Shown here one piece after another: positions 36,635 to 50,045 of a DNA stretch of 64,000 nucleotides; the stretch's first letter is position 1, and each line of letters begins with the position of its first letter. Location: positions 30,070,001-30,134,000 of the forward strand of contig NC_043016.1 of NCBI RefSeq assembly GCF_006345805.1, written 5' to 3'. A model generated the notes under the pieces. The model was not told the DNA's origin. It did not search any database and saw nothing but the letters and a program-made list of their open reading frames with translations. The DNA is from Octopus sinensis (Eukaryota). A program made the position numbers and the translations under genes.

Positions 36635-37500
36635 ACAAAAATTACGGTGTTTAGTTATATGTTAATAAATATGTTTAGTTGGATGTTGACTCATTAATAA
36701 AAAAAAACGGGGTATTCAGCAATATGCTAGCATTATGTTAATAAATAACATTTGTGGTGTTTAGCTGTATGTTAACATGTTAAAAAACTATGATGTTTTG
36801 CTGTATGTTAACATGTTAAAATCTATGGTATTTAGCTATATTTTAACATGTTAAAAACAATGGTGTTTAGCATTATGTTAACAAAATCTTGGTGTTTAGC
36901 AGCATGTTTACATTTTGTTAATAACTATAGTGTTTAGCTGTATGTTAACATCATGTTAATGAAAACCTATGATGTTTAGCTGCATGTTAACATGTTAAGA
37001 AACTATGATGTTTAACCATATGTTAATATGTTAAAGAACTATGGTGTTTAGTTGCATGTTAACACGTTAAACTCTATGGCATTTAGCTATATGTTAACAT
37101 GTTAAAAAGTATGGCGTTTATCATTATTTTAACAAAATCTTGGTGTTTAGCAAGATTTTAACAAAATCTTAGTGTTAACATTTTGTTAATGAAAACTATA
37201 CTATTTTATCATATTGTTAATGGAAAATATAGTATTTCAATGTATTATAACGTGTTAAAAACTATAGTGTTTGTGTTTTTGACCACTGATAAGGATACAT
37301 AAAATGTTTAGCTGAATTTAATTAAGTAAATAAAATCTATAGTGTTTAGCTGTATTTTACCATATGTTAACAAAAAGTATTGTTTAGATGTAAATTTTAT
37401 GTTAATGCAAACTATAGTGTATGCTGTATTTTCATGTAATCGTTACCAAAATTGTAGTGTTTAACTATTTTAAAGTAAATGTTAATAAAACTGTACTCTC
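36635..37500. repeat. Degenerate ~36-bp minisatellite
   Basis: Unit AAAACTATGGTGTTTAGCTGTATGTTAACATGTTAA. Confidence 0.8.
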
Positions 37501-38133
37501 TAGGTATATTAAACTAATGCTGTACTATCTACCTATCTATAAAACCGAGATGCCGACATTTATTTCTACATATACGATGATAGAATTAACTTTTCATTCA
37601 ATTCTTCTTTTACAGGGTACCTCCATCAGATTGGCTGAAAGATAAAACAACAGTTTAAAGGCATTAAATTAACCAAGTGATCACAGTCATGATCAAAATG
37701 GAATGATTGAGATTTGTAAAAAAAAAAGTGATAAAGAGCCACCTCACATCTTCCTATCATATGACTCACCTCAGGACTCTAATTTTGAAGTCAGTTAACT
37801 GTCATCCTGTTTAAACCTTTTACATTCAGATTACTCTGTAATGTGTAATGCTCATATATTCAATTTGTTTTGAACAATTCATGCATTATTTCGTAGTTTT
37901 GAGATTTTGATGATGTAACTGTTTATTTTTAAGATGACATTGCAAGGTAGCTGTGAGAATCTGGGTCTGGTTGATTTCAGTATAAAACAGGTAGAATATT
38001 TCTGCTGGATATAACTTGTTTAACCCTTTTGCATCCAAACCAACCACATCTGGCCAAACTATTTAGCATGTTTCGTTTTTGGATTTTTGGATTTGGTTTG
38101 CAAGATTCTTTATATGAGTTTGTGTGTTGAAGC

Positions 38134-38409
38134 ATATCCTGTTGTGTCTGGGGAGAGTCATTTTCTTTTTGTGCCTTATTATATAACACACTCACCGGTA
38201 AAATTTCCACTTATATCTTAGTTTTATTTTCTTAAAGTTTTTGTTGCGTCTTGCAACCCTTTCAATAGTCTTGACTCTTGAAAAGGTTGCAAGACGCAAT
38301 GAAAATTTTAGGAAAATAAAAATAAGGAAAAAGTGGAAATTTTACCGGTGAGTGTGTTATATAATAAGGCACAAAAAGAAAATGACTCTCCCCAGACACA
38401 ACAGGATAT
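38134..38409. mobile_element. Foldback MITE nested in a piggyBac-like MITE (~38021-38602)
   Basis: ATATCCTGTTGTGTCTGGGGAGAGTCA...TGACTCTCCCCAGACACAACAGGATAT; palindromic throughout. Confidence 0.85.
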
Positions 38410-39191
38410 TTAGCATGTTTTATGCTGAAATAGGCCAGATCTGGCCTCTCACCTTAACCCTATAATGTCATTCTAAAACTAAACGACCATGTCATTGAAA
38501 TCTTGAAGCTATGAGAAAATGCATGATAATTCAAAGCAATATGAATAATATGAATAAACAAACATTACATTTGACAGTATAATCTGAATGCTAAACAGTT
38601 AAAAAGCTTAAAGCTGGTTATTCATTATAGAAAATGTTTCAATTTTGACTCATCTGAGACAAGTGTGTGAATGATATCCTCCTCCTAGGCACCTCACTTC
38701 ACATTTATCACACATCTGAAGCCATTTAACCTCCCCATTCCACAAGCCCCAAGTTGTTTATCCAGAGCTGTGCAGGCAGCATAGCATCACTTCCCATAAT
38801 ACATAGGGAAAAAGTTATTCACCACTGCAACATCTGCAAGACTACTGCCTCTGTGCATTGCATAGGATGCAAGGTTCCCTGCTTCCCAAATTGCAGAGTT
38901 CTCCTGTCCTCAATACCTCAGCCTAGATGACTCTCTAAGCAAGACTCCCACTAGAAGAAATGTTATTATGTTTTTTGCGTACCTCATTTCCAACTTTAGA
39001 TTGTATGCACTCAACAAACCTCATCTCAAGTTTTCTATTTCATGTCTATCCACTCTCACCATCATTTACATCCTGAACTCTTTACATGAACACCACCCTG
39101 TACATAACTCCATGTCCCCCTACATGGCCTTGCTTTTTGCTTTTTGAGCCAAAAAATTAACTAACTAACTAAATGTAATGTAGCTTCTTAC

Positions 39192-39279
39192 TGTTCCGAC
39201 CCAGCAGAGCAATTGAAAATATCTCAGTGGCTTCAGAATAAAACTTCCACAATTCACAGACATTGCCTTTATCCATTGA
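39192..39279 (-). CDS. Unknown gene exon (88 nt, phase 2 to 0)
   Basis: ATTAG|QWIKAMSVNCGSFILKPLRYFQLLCWVGT|GTAAGA. Confidence 0.65.
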
Positions 39280-39380
39280 CTAATTATATATATATATATG
39301 TAAAAAAAAATTTTTTTTCAAATAATTGATGAACATTAAACAATTATGTTAAATTTACTGAACAGTTTTCTTTTTCTTAC

Positions 39381-39455
39381 TCGAACTGATTCTGGTCAAT
39401 ACTTCCTGGTACATTGGCTGAGTCTTCAGGCAATGGTGGTACTTGGACACTTTTA
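39381..39455 (-). CDS. Unknown gene exon (75 nt, phase 2 to 2)
   Basis: Strong acceptor TTTTTTCTCATTCAG|KSVQVPPLPEDSANVPGSIDQNQF|GTAAGA. Confidence 0.75.
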
Positions 39456-39649
39456 CTGAATGAGAAAAAAGAAAAAAATAATGGCACAATAGGTTCTCCT
39501 TTGTTTGTACAATTTTAAAAGTTTCTAATCTAAGCACAAGAACAATGATTTTAAGGAGAGAGAGGTTTAGTTGATATCACAGATGGCTTAAAGAAATTTA
39601 GCAAATTGTACATCAAGTGTTGATATTTAATTAACATTTTAAAATAAAC

Positions 39650-40290
39650 ATTTATGTGTTGAAGGTGCTGCTGTGTTCCATCTCTGAATGCACGAGTTGA
39701 TATTTCATCAGGTGATGAAACAGCTCTGTAGGTGTTTCAGCCCCTTCCACTGCAACACTAGAACTCCTTCGGACTACCTGCTAATTTAGGCAACAAAACT
39801 GCTGCATGGCAGCATAAGCTTTATTGAGTCAGATGATATGACTCTGGGCCAGATGTTCCTACCATGCTCAATGCTCAGTCTTGCTATATCACTTCTATCT
39901 CTTGAGCCAATCGGAATGGTTTGCCTTGTATGCAGCTTTTGACACTTTTCTGGCAATATCTCTATGCTTTAAGAGGGCTTAGGGATATCGCAACAAATAA
40001 AGACCTCTCCTTAGGTATAAGGATAAGTTGAAGCAATCACTAAAGTCTCTACAGCTTAACTTGACATCTTGGGAAAGTCATTGCCTTGATCAATCTGCAT
40101 GGTGTAAAATGTGACATGATGCATTTGAACAATTTGAGTTGAAGAAACAGAACAATAAAAGAATTATATCCTGCAATCACTAGACACATTTGTCCAATTC
40201 CAGGCAAAATCAAAATTATCAGTGTCCCCATTGTGACTTCATAGCAAAATCCATACCTGGACTGAAATCACATTACTGCATCCATCGCAA
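39650..40290 (+). mobile_element. Old BovB-like RTE 3' remnant
   Basis: RPLLRYKDKLKQSLK..WES..DQSAW; C-terminal CPHC..H motif; many stops. Confidence 0.55.
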
Positions 40291-40549
40291 ATAGATGCAG
40301 CTTCTTATTTTTTTTTTAACTTCAAAGAGTGTCCATTGTTATTAAGAACATGGTAAGCAAGTAGAATTGTTAGCATGCTGGGCGAAATGCTTAGCAGCAG
40401 TTAGTCTGACTTTTAAGTTCTGAGTTCAAATTGCACTGAGGTTGACTTTGCCATTCTTCTTACTGGGGTTTATAAAATAAGTACCAGTTGAGCACTGGAG
40501 TTGATTTAATCAATTTACATCTTCCCCCAAAACTTCAAATTCTGTTCCT

Positions 40550-40737
40550 ATAGGCATAGGAGTAGCTGTGTGGTAAGTAGCTTGCTTACGAACCACATGG
40601 TTCTGGGTTCAGTCCCACTGCTGGACACCTTGGGCAAGTGTCTTCTACTATAGCCTCAGGCGGACCAAAGACTTGTGAGTGGATTTGGTAGATGAAAACT
40701 GAAAGAAGCTTGTCGTATATATATGTGTGTGTATGTG

Positions 40738-40769
<32 letters not shown>

Positions 40770-41790
40770 GATATGTTTGTGTGTCTGTGTTTTCCGCCCC
40801 CAACATTGCTTGACAACCGATGCTGGTGTGTTTACATCCCGGTAACTTAATGGTTCGGCAAAAGAGACCGATAGAATAAGTACTAGTAGGATCTTTTCCT
40901 TTTGAATGGCACTTTGTAACATAATTTCTAGTTAACTAAACACTTTTAAACTTCGTATACTGGTAGAATGTGTTTATAAAACATCATTTTTTCTTGGCTT
41001 TATTGAGAAAATTCTATAGGTTGTAAGATATTTTGTCTTTAATTTCGAGCATTTCGGCAATTTTAACCAATCGATTACCTCTATTGACGTAAACAACATT
41101 CCGTGCTGTATGAATATGTCCCTCATTTAAGAAACAGATTGGGTTTACATTTGTGAAGAAAAACCCTAACCCTAAATCTAAAATAGATTGAAATGCAATA
41201 GATCGATACTAGGGCCATAATTATGGGTGACATTTTCATTTGACACCACTAGAAAAAAATCCCATTTTCCGTAGCGGTGTCGTATAAAATTGTCACCCAT
41301 AATTATGGCCCGAGTATCGATCTATTGCATTTCAATCTATTTTAGATTAGGGTGAGAGTTAGGGCTTAGGGTTAGGGGTGGGGGAAGGGTATCTTTTTTC
41401 TTCACAAATGTAAATAAACCCAATCTGTTTCTTAAACGAGGGACATATTCTTTATGCACAGAATGTTATTTACCTAAATGGACTCCAGCAATTGGTTAAA
41501 ATTGCCAAAATGCTCGAAATTAAAGACAAAATATGTTACAACCTATAGAATTTTCTCAATACAGCCAAGAAAAAATGATGTTTTATAAACACATTCTACC
41601 AGCATACGAAGTTTAAAAGTGTTTAGTTAACTATAAATTGTGTTGAAAAGTGCCGTTCAAAAGGAAAAGATCCCACTAGGCTTACAATGATTAAGTCCTG
41701 AGGTCGATTTGCTCGACTAAAGGCAGTGCTCCAGCATGGCCACAGTCAAATGACTGAAACAAGTATAAGAGAATAAAAGAGAAAGTAGAA
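40550..41790 (+). mobile_element. SINE family B split by a foldback element
   Basis: Head 40550-40885, tail resumes 41677-41790. Confidence 0.85.
40886..41676. mobile_element. 791-bp foldback DNA element
   Basis: Arms pair over nearly the full length; termini GTAGGATCTTTTCC/GGAAAAGATCCCAC; target CTAG duplicated (TA or CTAG TSD). Confidence 0.88.
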
Positions 41791-41924
41791 AGGATTATTA
41801 TTGTTGTTGTTGCACTTCGTGTTCTGAGTTCAAATCCTACTGAGGGTGACTTCCATTCTTCCAAGGTCAATAAGGTACTGTCTATATTCATACATTAGAA
41901 CACATATTTAAAGAGAAGTTCAAA

Positions 41925-42345
41925 CACACACATATATGCATATACACATGCATGTGCACACACGCAAACACAAAACCACACACATACACACATGCATACA
42001 CACATACATATGCACACACAAACACACGCACGCACACATACACCCCCACATACACATACACACTCATACACACACATACACACACACATACACACACGCA
42101 TACACACAAACACATGCACACACATACATACACCCCCCCACATACACATACACACTCATACACACACGCATACACACATATGCACACACAAACACATGCA
42201 CGCACACACATACACCCCCCTACATACACATACACACGCATACACACATACATATGCACACACACACATACACCCCCCACATACACATACACACTCATAT
42301 ATACACATGCACACACACACACCAATACACACATGCACACACAAA
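41925..42345. repeat. (CA)n compound microsatellite
   Basis: Direct reading. Confidence 0.95.
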
Positions 42346-42409
42346 TATATCTTGCTACTACTTAAAATGACTTTCTGTCTGAATTACTGTCTGTTTGTGC
42401 AGCACTTAC

Positions 42410-42462
42410 ATAACTGTTGAAACAGCTTTGCCTGGTACACTAAGCTGCGTCTCATAGTCCAG
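42410..42462 (-). CDS. Unknown gene candidate exon (53 nt, phase 0 to 2)
   Basis: Strong donor GTAAGT, weak acceptor AAGATAG; LDYETQLSVPGKAVSTV; supplies the required phase change. Confidence 0.45.
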
Positions 42463-42770
42463 CTATCTTATATTCAGAAATAGCAGGCAAACTGGCCTCA
42501 AATTTATACCTCTACCATGAGATCCTAGATATACAGTACCTGTGAAAAGGTCAGGATAGTCACGGCTGGGTGATACCTTTGATTATAGGTCTGTCCAGTC
42601 TGGGCTGACCTGGGGCTAAACAACAACAGCAGCCAGAAAAGCCAATGAGGGAGCCGTATTCTATTAGAAATAGCAGCTAAATCTCTTCCAAATCATATAC
42701 TGTATTATAAAGAAAGGAAGAACATGGTCCTGTATACATTGTGAATAATCCTGGACCTTTAGTCATAAAG

Positions 42771-43022
42771 GTGGAAGGCGCATGGCTTAGTGGTTAGGGT
42801 GTCAGCACCATGATTGTAAGATTGTGGTTTCGATTCCTGGACTGGGCGACGCGTTGTGTTCTTGAGCAAAACACTTCATTGTATGTTGCTTCAGTCCACT
42901 CAGCTGGCAAAAATGAGTAACACTGCAATGGACTGGCATCCTGTCCAGCTGGGGAACACATACGTCATAGAAACCAGGAAACCAGGCCCATGAGCCTGGT
43001 TAGGCTTTAAAAGGGCGCATCT
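42771..43022 (+). mobile_element. tRNA-derived SINE family D
   Basis: TGGCTTAGTGG A box, GGTTTCGATTCC B box, GCAATGGACTGGCATCCTGTCCAG core. Confidence 0.8.
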
Positions 43023-43043
43023 ATTTTTTTTTTTTTAGTCATA

Positions 43044-43197
43044 CAGTTGTGACCAAAAATTTTGGTCTGAAGATTAGAATTTTTTATATTGAATGCCCAA
43101 ATAGATACATTGTAGATATAAATTTAAATCAAATTGTACTTGGGCACAAGAATTTTAATTTTGGAAAAACAATGCTCCAAACTTTTAGCCCTGACTG
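43044..43197. mobile_element. Degenerate Tc1-like MITE
   Basis: TA|CAGTTGTGACCAAAAATTTT...AAACTTTTAGCCCTGACTG|TA. Confidence 0.45.
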
Positions 43198-43432
43198 TAG
43201 ATTTGCTTGGTCAGGACTTGCATAAAAGTAAAAACACCATCATCACCACCGACAAGAACATCAACTTTTTACGGATTAACTGTCACAGTTTTTATATTTA
43301 ACAATAACTCCATTGAAGATGAATATATTTTTTTCTTTTATCTTTTAGTAATGGTGTCACATAAAAAAGCACCCAAGCTGTCACTATATAAAGAGCTCCC
43401 AGTATATTCTGTTAAGTAGTTGGTATTAGGAA

Positions 43433-43660
43433 GGCGGCGAGCTGGCAGAAACGTTAGCACGCCGGGCGAAATGCTTAGCGGTATTTCGTCTGCGTTATGT
43501 TGTGAGTTCAAATTCCGCCGAGGTCGACTTTGCCTTTCATCCTTTCGGGGTCGATAAATTAAGTACCAGTTACGCACTGGGGTCGATGTAATCGACTTAA
43601 TACCTATGTCTGTCCTTGTTTGTCCTCTCTGTGTTTAGCCCCTTGAGGGTGGTAAAGAAA
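43433..43660 (+). mobile_element. Full SINE family A (long tail) inserted into an RTE tail
   Basis: Flanked by GGTATTAGGAAGG / GGTATTAAGAAGG. Confidence 0.9.
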
Positions 43661-44109
43661 TAGGTATTAAGAAGGGCATCCAGCCACAGACACCATGCCA
43701 AAGCAAACAACTGGAGTCTGGTTCAACCTTCTGGCTTGCCAGTTCCTGTCAAATTGTCCAGTCATGGAAAACACATGTGAAATGATGAGGGCGATTAGTC
43801 AAGTGGGAAGGCAGGGCCCCTGTTAAAAATCCTCTGTGACTGATAGGAGTGAGGAAGATATCCTTAAATCATCGATCTAGTCTGCTTGCAACAGAGTGGT
43901 CTCCTCTTAAGCTACCAAAGGGGTCCGGGTGGTGTTGTTAAATAGAGCAATGGATTAAGTCTACCACTAAAGGAACAACTAACAAGGTATCTGGTCTGAT
44001 TTTCTTACAGTTCTACTAATCCAAAGTCTCTGAATTGGTACTTTTTTTATCAACCTTGAAAGGTAAAAGGCAAATTTGACCTTGACAAGATTTGAGCTCA
44101 GAACATAAA

Positions 44110-44500
44110 TCTCTATATAAAGCTGAAGTTGTCTGTGTATAGCAGGTTTGGTAGCCTTCAACTAACACTATCTCCTCTGAGACCCTGTGGTGCAAGTTGA
44201 CCAAAATTGAGAGTATGATAGAAGAAGGCTTGCTCTTCCTTCCGTAGAAGAAAAAATTCAAATCGGACTATGTTAACACCAAAAATTATTTACATCAAAA
44301 AGGTGCTTTTTTTCTATGAAAATCCCTATATTTTACGATTTTTTGACCACTGTGTCACCATTTTTCGGCGTATTTCAACCTGAAAAATGTTCACTTAAAG
44401 AGAATAACAAGCTACATAATGCGAAATTTTTACTTTTCAAAAATTCCAATTCTAAAGGGTTGAAACAAACCTGAGCAATGCCAGGTGAGACTGCTCATAG
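44110..44500 (+). mobile_element. Non-autonomous Helitron, second family
   Basis: A|TCTCTATATAAAG start; hairpin ACCTGAGCAATGCCAGGT near a degenerate CTAG end. Confidence 0.65.
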
Positions 44501-44705
44501 TTGAAACAAGTACCACAAGGCATTCTGTCAGATGATTTAAGGAGTCTTTCAATTTGTCCATGTAGCATTCAATGGATTATACACAAACACAGGAAGGTAC
44601 ACACAAACACATGCTCTCACACAGGCATGTACACACACACACAAACACACAAATGCATGTTCACAGATGTACTTACACAGGCATACAAATGCACACACAC
44701 GTGTG

Positions 44706-44739
<34 letters not shown>

Positions 44740-44808
44740 CTTTCTCTCTCTCTCTCTCCCACACATACTCATAAACACACACACACACATCGCCATGCCA
44801 GCTGTCAC

Positions 44809-44909
44809 CTGTGATGATGAATTCAAATAAACAGTGTTCATTTGAACAGAAAACGTCAAACTACTGAAGTCTTGGCACTTAATGTTAACAGACATTGTCA
44901 TAATCCCAG
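44809..44909 (-). CDS. Unknown gene exon (101 nt, phase 1 to 0)
   Basis: TTTATTTAG|GIMTMSVNIKCQDFSSLTFSVQMNTVYLNSSSQ|GTGACA. Confidence 0.6.
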
Positions 44910-45092
44910 CTAAATAAATCAAATATTTAGTGCTCCACATCATTTAGTGTCTTTCATAGTTTTTCACTGCATAGCTCTATACGCACGCACACACACACAC
45001 ACACGTAGACTTTACATATAATTCTTTCTTTTATCATAGTCATATATATGTACACACGCAATTATATACAATTATATATATTTGTATATATA

Positions 45093-46243
45093 CAGGGGTT
45101 GGACAAAATAATGGAAACACCTAGCATCATATCTATAAAAACCATCAAAAGCTTGTTTATTTTTATGTTTTTGATTTATTATTAGTGTTGCCTAATATGT
45201 TTTGCCAAAATTGGTGTTTCATTTCATATATCATCAGAAAAAGGTAATTAAAATTCATTAAAACGACAGATCTATTGGACTGTCAAAGACATCAAATTGT
45301 TGGTGTTCGTATGGCAGGCACTAGTGTAACGAAAACAGCCAAAATGTTTGGTGTATCAAGGAGTACTGTCTCGAGAGTAATGGCAGCCTTTGAGAAAGAG
45401 GGAAAAACCTCTGTATTGAAACAAAACTCGTGAAGAAAACCAAAAATATCAGATAGCAACCGTCAGATTCTTGCACAAATTGTTAGAAAGGATGACAAAA
45501 ATACAGTTCCCAAAATTACTGCAGAGCTTAATGACCACCTCAAGAACCCAGTTTCCACAAAAACTGTTCACCAGGAGATGCACAAAGCCAGATTTCACAG
45601 GAGGACTACAATCAGAAAACCACTACTTTCAAAAATAAATGTTGCAAAGTGTTTAGAGCGGAGTAAAACCTACAGAATTAGTTCCTAGAGCAGTGGAAGA
45701 ATATTATTTTCTCAGATGAGTCATCCTTTACCTTATTTCCAACCACCAGCTGAGTATACGTGTGGAGACAGCCAAAAGGAACATTTGACCCCAACTGCCT
45801 TCTTCCAACTGTTAAGCATGGAAGAGGATCTGTGATGATCTGGGGGGACTATATCTTGGAAATCCACCAGCCCAATGGTTTCCTTTCGTGGCAGAATTAA
45901 TAGTGAAGACTATTTAAGCATTTTATCTGATGAAATTCATCCTATGATTGTAGAACTGTTTCCAGAGGGAAACACAATCTTTCAGGATGATAATGCACCA
46001 ATTCACACAGCTAAAATTGTTACTGAATGGCACAAGTAAGGAGTCAATATCCTCCACCATCATCACTCCTAGAACTGGAGACTGTTTTAGCTGAAGAATG
46101 GACAAAAATTCCTTTGGAAACAATTCAAACTTCGTATGAATCCATACCTCATAGAATTCAAACTGTAATTACTGATAAAGGTGGTCCTACTCTGTATTAA
46201 AATAAATCTGTTTGAAATTTTAAGGTGTTTCCTTTATTTTGTC
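45093..46243 (+). mobile_element. Dead Tc1-family transposon
   Basis: TA|CAGGGGTTGGACAAAATAATGGAAACACCT TIR; HTH, IFSDES, TVKHG.GSVMIWG, FQDDNAPIH; stops and a deletion across the third catalytic-residue region. Confidence 0.92.
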
Positions 46244-46679
46244 ATATATATATACACACATACAATCTTATACATACATGTATATTTATTCTCAAACAAG
46301 AAAGTTGCTGACAGTGACTTCTAAGTTATCGCTAGCTAAACCATCATTGGAATTCAACAATGGCTTAGCTGGCCAAAACTTCAAAGCCACTGTCAATAAC
46401 ATTCTTGCTTAATAATTAATTTGTATTCTAACCCATGCCAGCATGGAAAATGGATGTTAAGTGATGATGATGATACAAATATTAATACTCACAAATACAC
46501 ACTACACAGTCTCTAAACACATAGATACACACATTTTATAAAATTAGCACTGTATACATACATCTGTATACACACACATCAATGACATTTTTGCATAGAT
46601 ACAATCTCCCTACATATGTACATTTCATATTAAGCCTGCACTTATATATACACATGTCATTATCATTGTCATATATATT

Positions 46680-47075
46680 CTTTCTCTTTCTCTTTTACTT
46701 GTTTCAGTAATTTGACTGCGGCCATGCTGGAGCACCGCCTTTAATCGAGCAACTCGACCCCGGGACTTATTCTTTGTAAGCCCAGTACTTATTCTGTCGG
46801 TCTCTTTTTTGCCGAACCGCTAAGTGACGGGGATGTAAACACACCAGCATCGGTTGTCAAGCGATGCTAGGGGGACAAACAGACACACAAACACACACAT
46901 ATATATATATACATATATACGACAGGCTTCTTTCAGTTTCCATCTACCAAATCCACTCACAAGGCATTGGTCGGCCTGGGGCTATAGCAGAAGACACTTG
47001 CCCAAGATGCCACGCAGTGGGACTGAACCTGGAACCATGTGGTTGGTTAGCAAGCTACTTACCACACAGCCATAT
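46680..47075 (-). mobile_element. SINE family B
   Basis: Near-consensus full copy. Confidence 0.9.
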
Positions 47076-47185
47076 ACACATACACATACATGCACACACA
47101 CACTTACACATATGCAATCTCTAGACACACACACATTCTATATAAATCTTACTCTATATACATGCATCAATATCATTGTCATGTA

Positions 47186-47251
<66 letters not shown>

Positions 47252-48392
47252 AGCAGCACTTATATGCACACATTAATGTCATGTATGTATTCATACATGC
47301 CTTTACACACACACATTTTATTTAAAACCACAGAAAAATAAATGTAAAATGAATATGGAGCATAATATTTCAGATTTAATAAATGAAATGAACAACAAAA
47401 AAAGAAGTTTTATAATAGCTTCCATTAGCTTATAACTGTTTCAGCTATAAAGAGCAGTGCACACAGAGTTGGGTGCCATCGCAACATCATATAACTTCAT
47501 CAGAGTTTTAATAGTTGTTTTTTTCATTAGAAAAAAAATCAGTTAAATGTGTAAAGTTGGAACAAATAGGCATATGTATCATATAAGTAGATATAAACAT
47601 AAATTACCCAGTCATGTATATATATGTGGTGAATCTTGCAGGCATGAAGTGGATTCGATCCACCATAGCCAAATTTAAATTAGCACTTCAACAGACTTTT
47701 CTCATGAAGGAACAATGGTTTTCAGTGACAGCAATTTTATATTTGCCAGATTGCCTTTAGCTAGGCCGAAATAATGTCTTCACCACTTAACTCTTCTACC
47801 TCTCCTAGACCACCAAAAGCTAGAATTAAGATAACAAAACCACCAACTAAATCCATTGTTCTCAACGATATGTCTATCCTTCTAGATAGCTATAAAAGCA
47901 AGAACCCCCCATCCCCCAGCAAAAATCAGTTAGTCACTTGGTGACAACTCAGTCAGTTAGCGACAGACAACTCGAGTGAATGACAACTAGTCATGGCCAC
48001 AAGCAGGCAGCCAAATGGTCAGAAATTTACAATCAGTGACTATGCGAGCCAACATCCCACGCTCTCTCACTTTCACTAACTCACTTCTTTTCTCTGCACA
48101 TTACCATATATCTCTCTCTCTATGGTTTACTACTACAATAAGAACAGAGAGGCCGGAATTAACTTTTTTTACTTCACATTCTCTACGATTCCATCACCTG
48201 CCCGTCGAGGCAAGGTATTGTATAATGTAACGGTAAAATAAATATTTCCGTAAAACTTCATGCATTGTTCATCCTTTCATCCTTACATAATGAAGAATCT
48301 CAACCTTTTACAAATATCATGTCACCGTTACAAAAATAATACTTTCATCACACACACACACAACACACACACACACCACACACACACACACT

Positions 48393-48455
<63 letters not shown>

Positions 48456-48736
48456 CACACATTACATTTACATGCATTATATATATATATATATGTATAT
48501 ATTATACACACATTACATAATCATGCATCATATATATATATATATATCATCATCATCCGTTTTCCATTGGAATTAATGAACAACTTGGCTTGTAAGATAA
48601 TGTTGCTAATTTACAACCATCACATGATGTCAAAACAAAGGTACACACACACACACACATCATGTTGAATCATTAACCCCTACACACTTTTCCTCTCACC
48701 ATTTAAAAAAAAATTCTGTCTCCATTTTTCTTAACC

Positions 48737-48772
48737 CTTTCTGTCGAAGAGCATAGGCTCTAAACATAAAAG
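48737..48772 (+). ncRNA. Degenerate hammerhead-like motif (GAAA changed to TAAA)
   Basis: Homolog of 49008-49045. Confidence 0.3.
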
Positions 48773-49007
48773 ACTTTTCCATTTTTCCTGAGCATTAAAC
48801 TAATACACCTGCTTGTTGTTCCTACACCTGCCTTCATCTTTTGTTTTCTGTAAATTTGAACTATATAAATAAGTAAATGAGTGGAAATCAGACCAATGAG
48901 TGTGTTAATTTAATAAGACACTAAAAGACACAATGAACTATATATATATATGCTTTTGCACGCATATTTTTTTCTCTCCTTCTTTCTGTGTTTTTTTTCT
49001 CTGTGTA

Positions 49008-49045
49008 TCTTTCTGTTGAAGAGCGTAGGCTCGAAACGTTAAAGA
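49008..49045 (+). ncRNA. Hammerhead-like minimal motif with non-canonical core
   Basis: TCTTT-CTGTTGA-A-GAGC(gtag)GCTC-GAAA-CG-TT-AAAGA; A6 replaced by U and one extra A. Confidence 0.4.
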
Positions 49046-49172
49046 CTTGTTTCATTTATATTTCCTGAGCACCATACTAATACAATTGTTTGTTTGTATT
49101 CCACCTGCCTTCGTCTTTGTTTATTTCCGTAAACCTGCCTTCGTCTTTTGTCTATTTTCATAAAACTTACCG

Positions 49173-49208
<36 letters not shown>

Positions 49209-49517
49209 GCATGCATATACACACACAAATATATATAAATGTAAATCCTCATTATCATTTAAGATCTATGTTCCATGTTGACATGGGTTGGATGTTTTGA
49301 CTGTATCCAATATGTCCAAGTGCTGCATTGTGCTCCAGAGTCTGCTCATGGCATGGTTTTTGTAGATGGATACCCTTCCTAATGGAAATCACTTTACAGT
49401 GGGCTTCTTTCAGTTTCCATTTACCAAATTTACTGATAAGGCTTTGATTGATCCAGAGCTATCATGACTAGTGCCATGCTGTGGGACTGAACTATAAGTG
49501 TGTATGTGCGTGCGTGC

Positions 49518-49550
<33 letters not shown>

Positions 49551-49675
49551 TGTGTATTTCTTTTAGGTACACATTGGTTTAAAAATTGTCTTGATTTCTT
49601 TTCTGAAAATAAATAAACTAAATAATATATTACATCATATGTAAACAAACTTAAGTTTGTTTTTGAAGTTCTGAA

Positions 49676-50025
49676 ATGTATTGTGGTACAAGCAGAAAGA
49701 AATACTTTTTTCAATGCGTAAAATACTGATATAACAGTATACATGGGATAATATCCCTTACAGAGCAGGAAAATCTGTCAGCAACCAGCCAGAAAAATCT
49801 GTCAGCAACCAGCCAGAAAAATCTGTCAGCAACCAGCCAGAAAAATCTGTCAGCAACTAGCCAGAAAAATCTGTCAACAACCAGCCATGAGAATCGTTCA
49901 ATTCTCATGGCTGGTTGCTGACAGATTTTTCTGCTCTGTAAGGGATATTATCCCATGTATACTGTTATATCAGTATTTTACTTGTTGAAAAAAATATATC
50001 TTTCTACTTGTACTAAATAATACAT
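49676..50025. mobile_element. Foldback with five 24-bp repeats in the left arm only
   Basis: Loop CGTTCA at 49895-49900; unit GAAAAATCTGTCAGCAACCAGCCA. Confidence 0.85.
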
Positions 50026-50045
50026 GACAAACAGTAATCACTTAC

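Noticed and set aside
37616-37658. Plus-strand terminal exon candidate VPPSDWLKDKTTV* after a strong acceptor
   Set aside because: No partner exons or recognisable homology; could be chance
41347-41378. True or interstitial telomere
   Set aside because: Only a few imperfect TTAGGG units inside a foldback element
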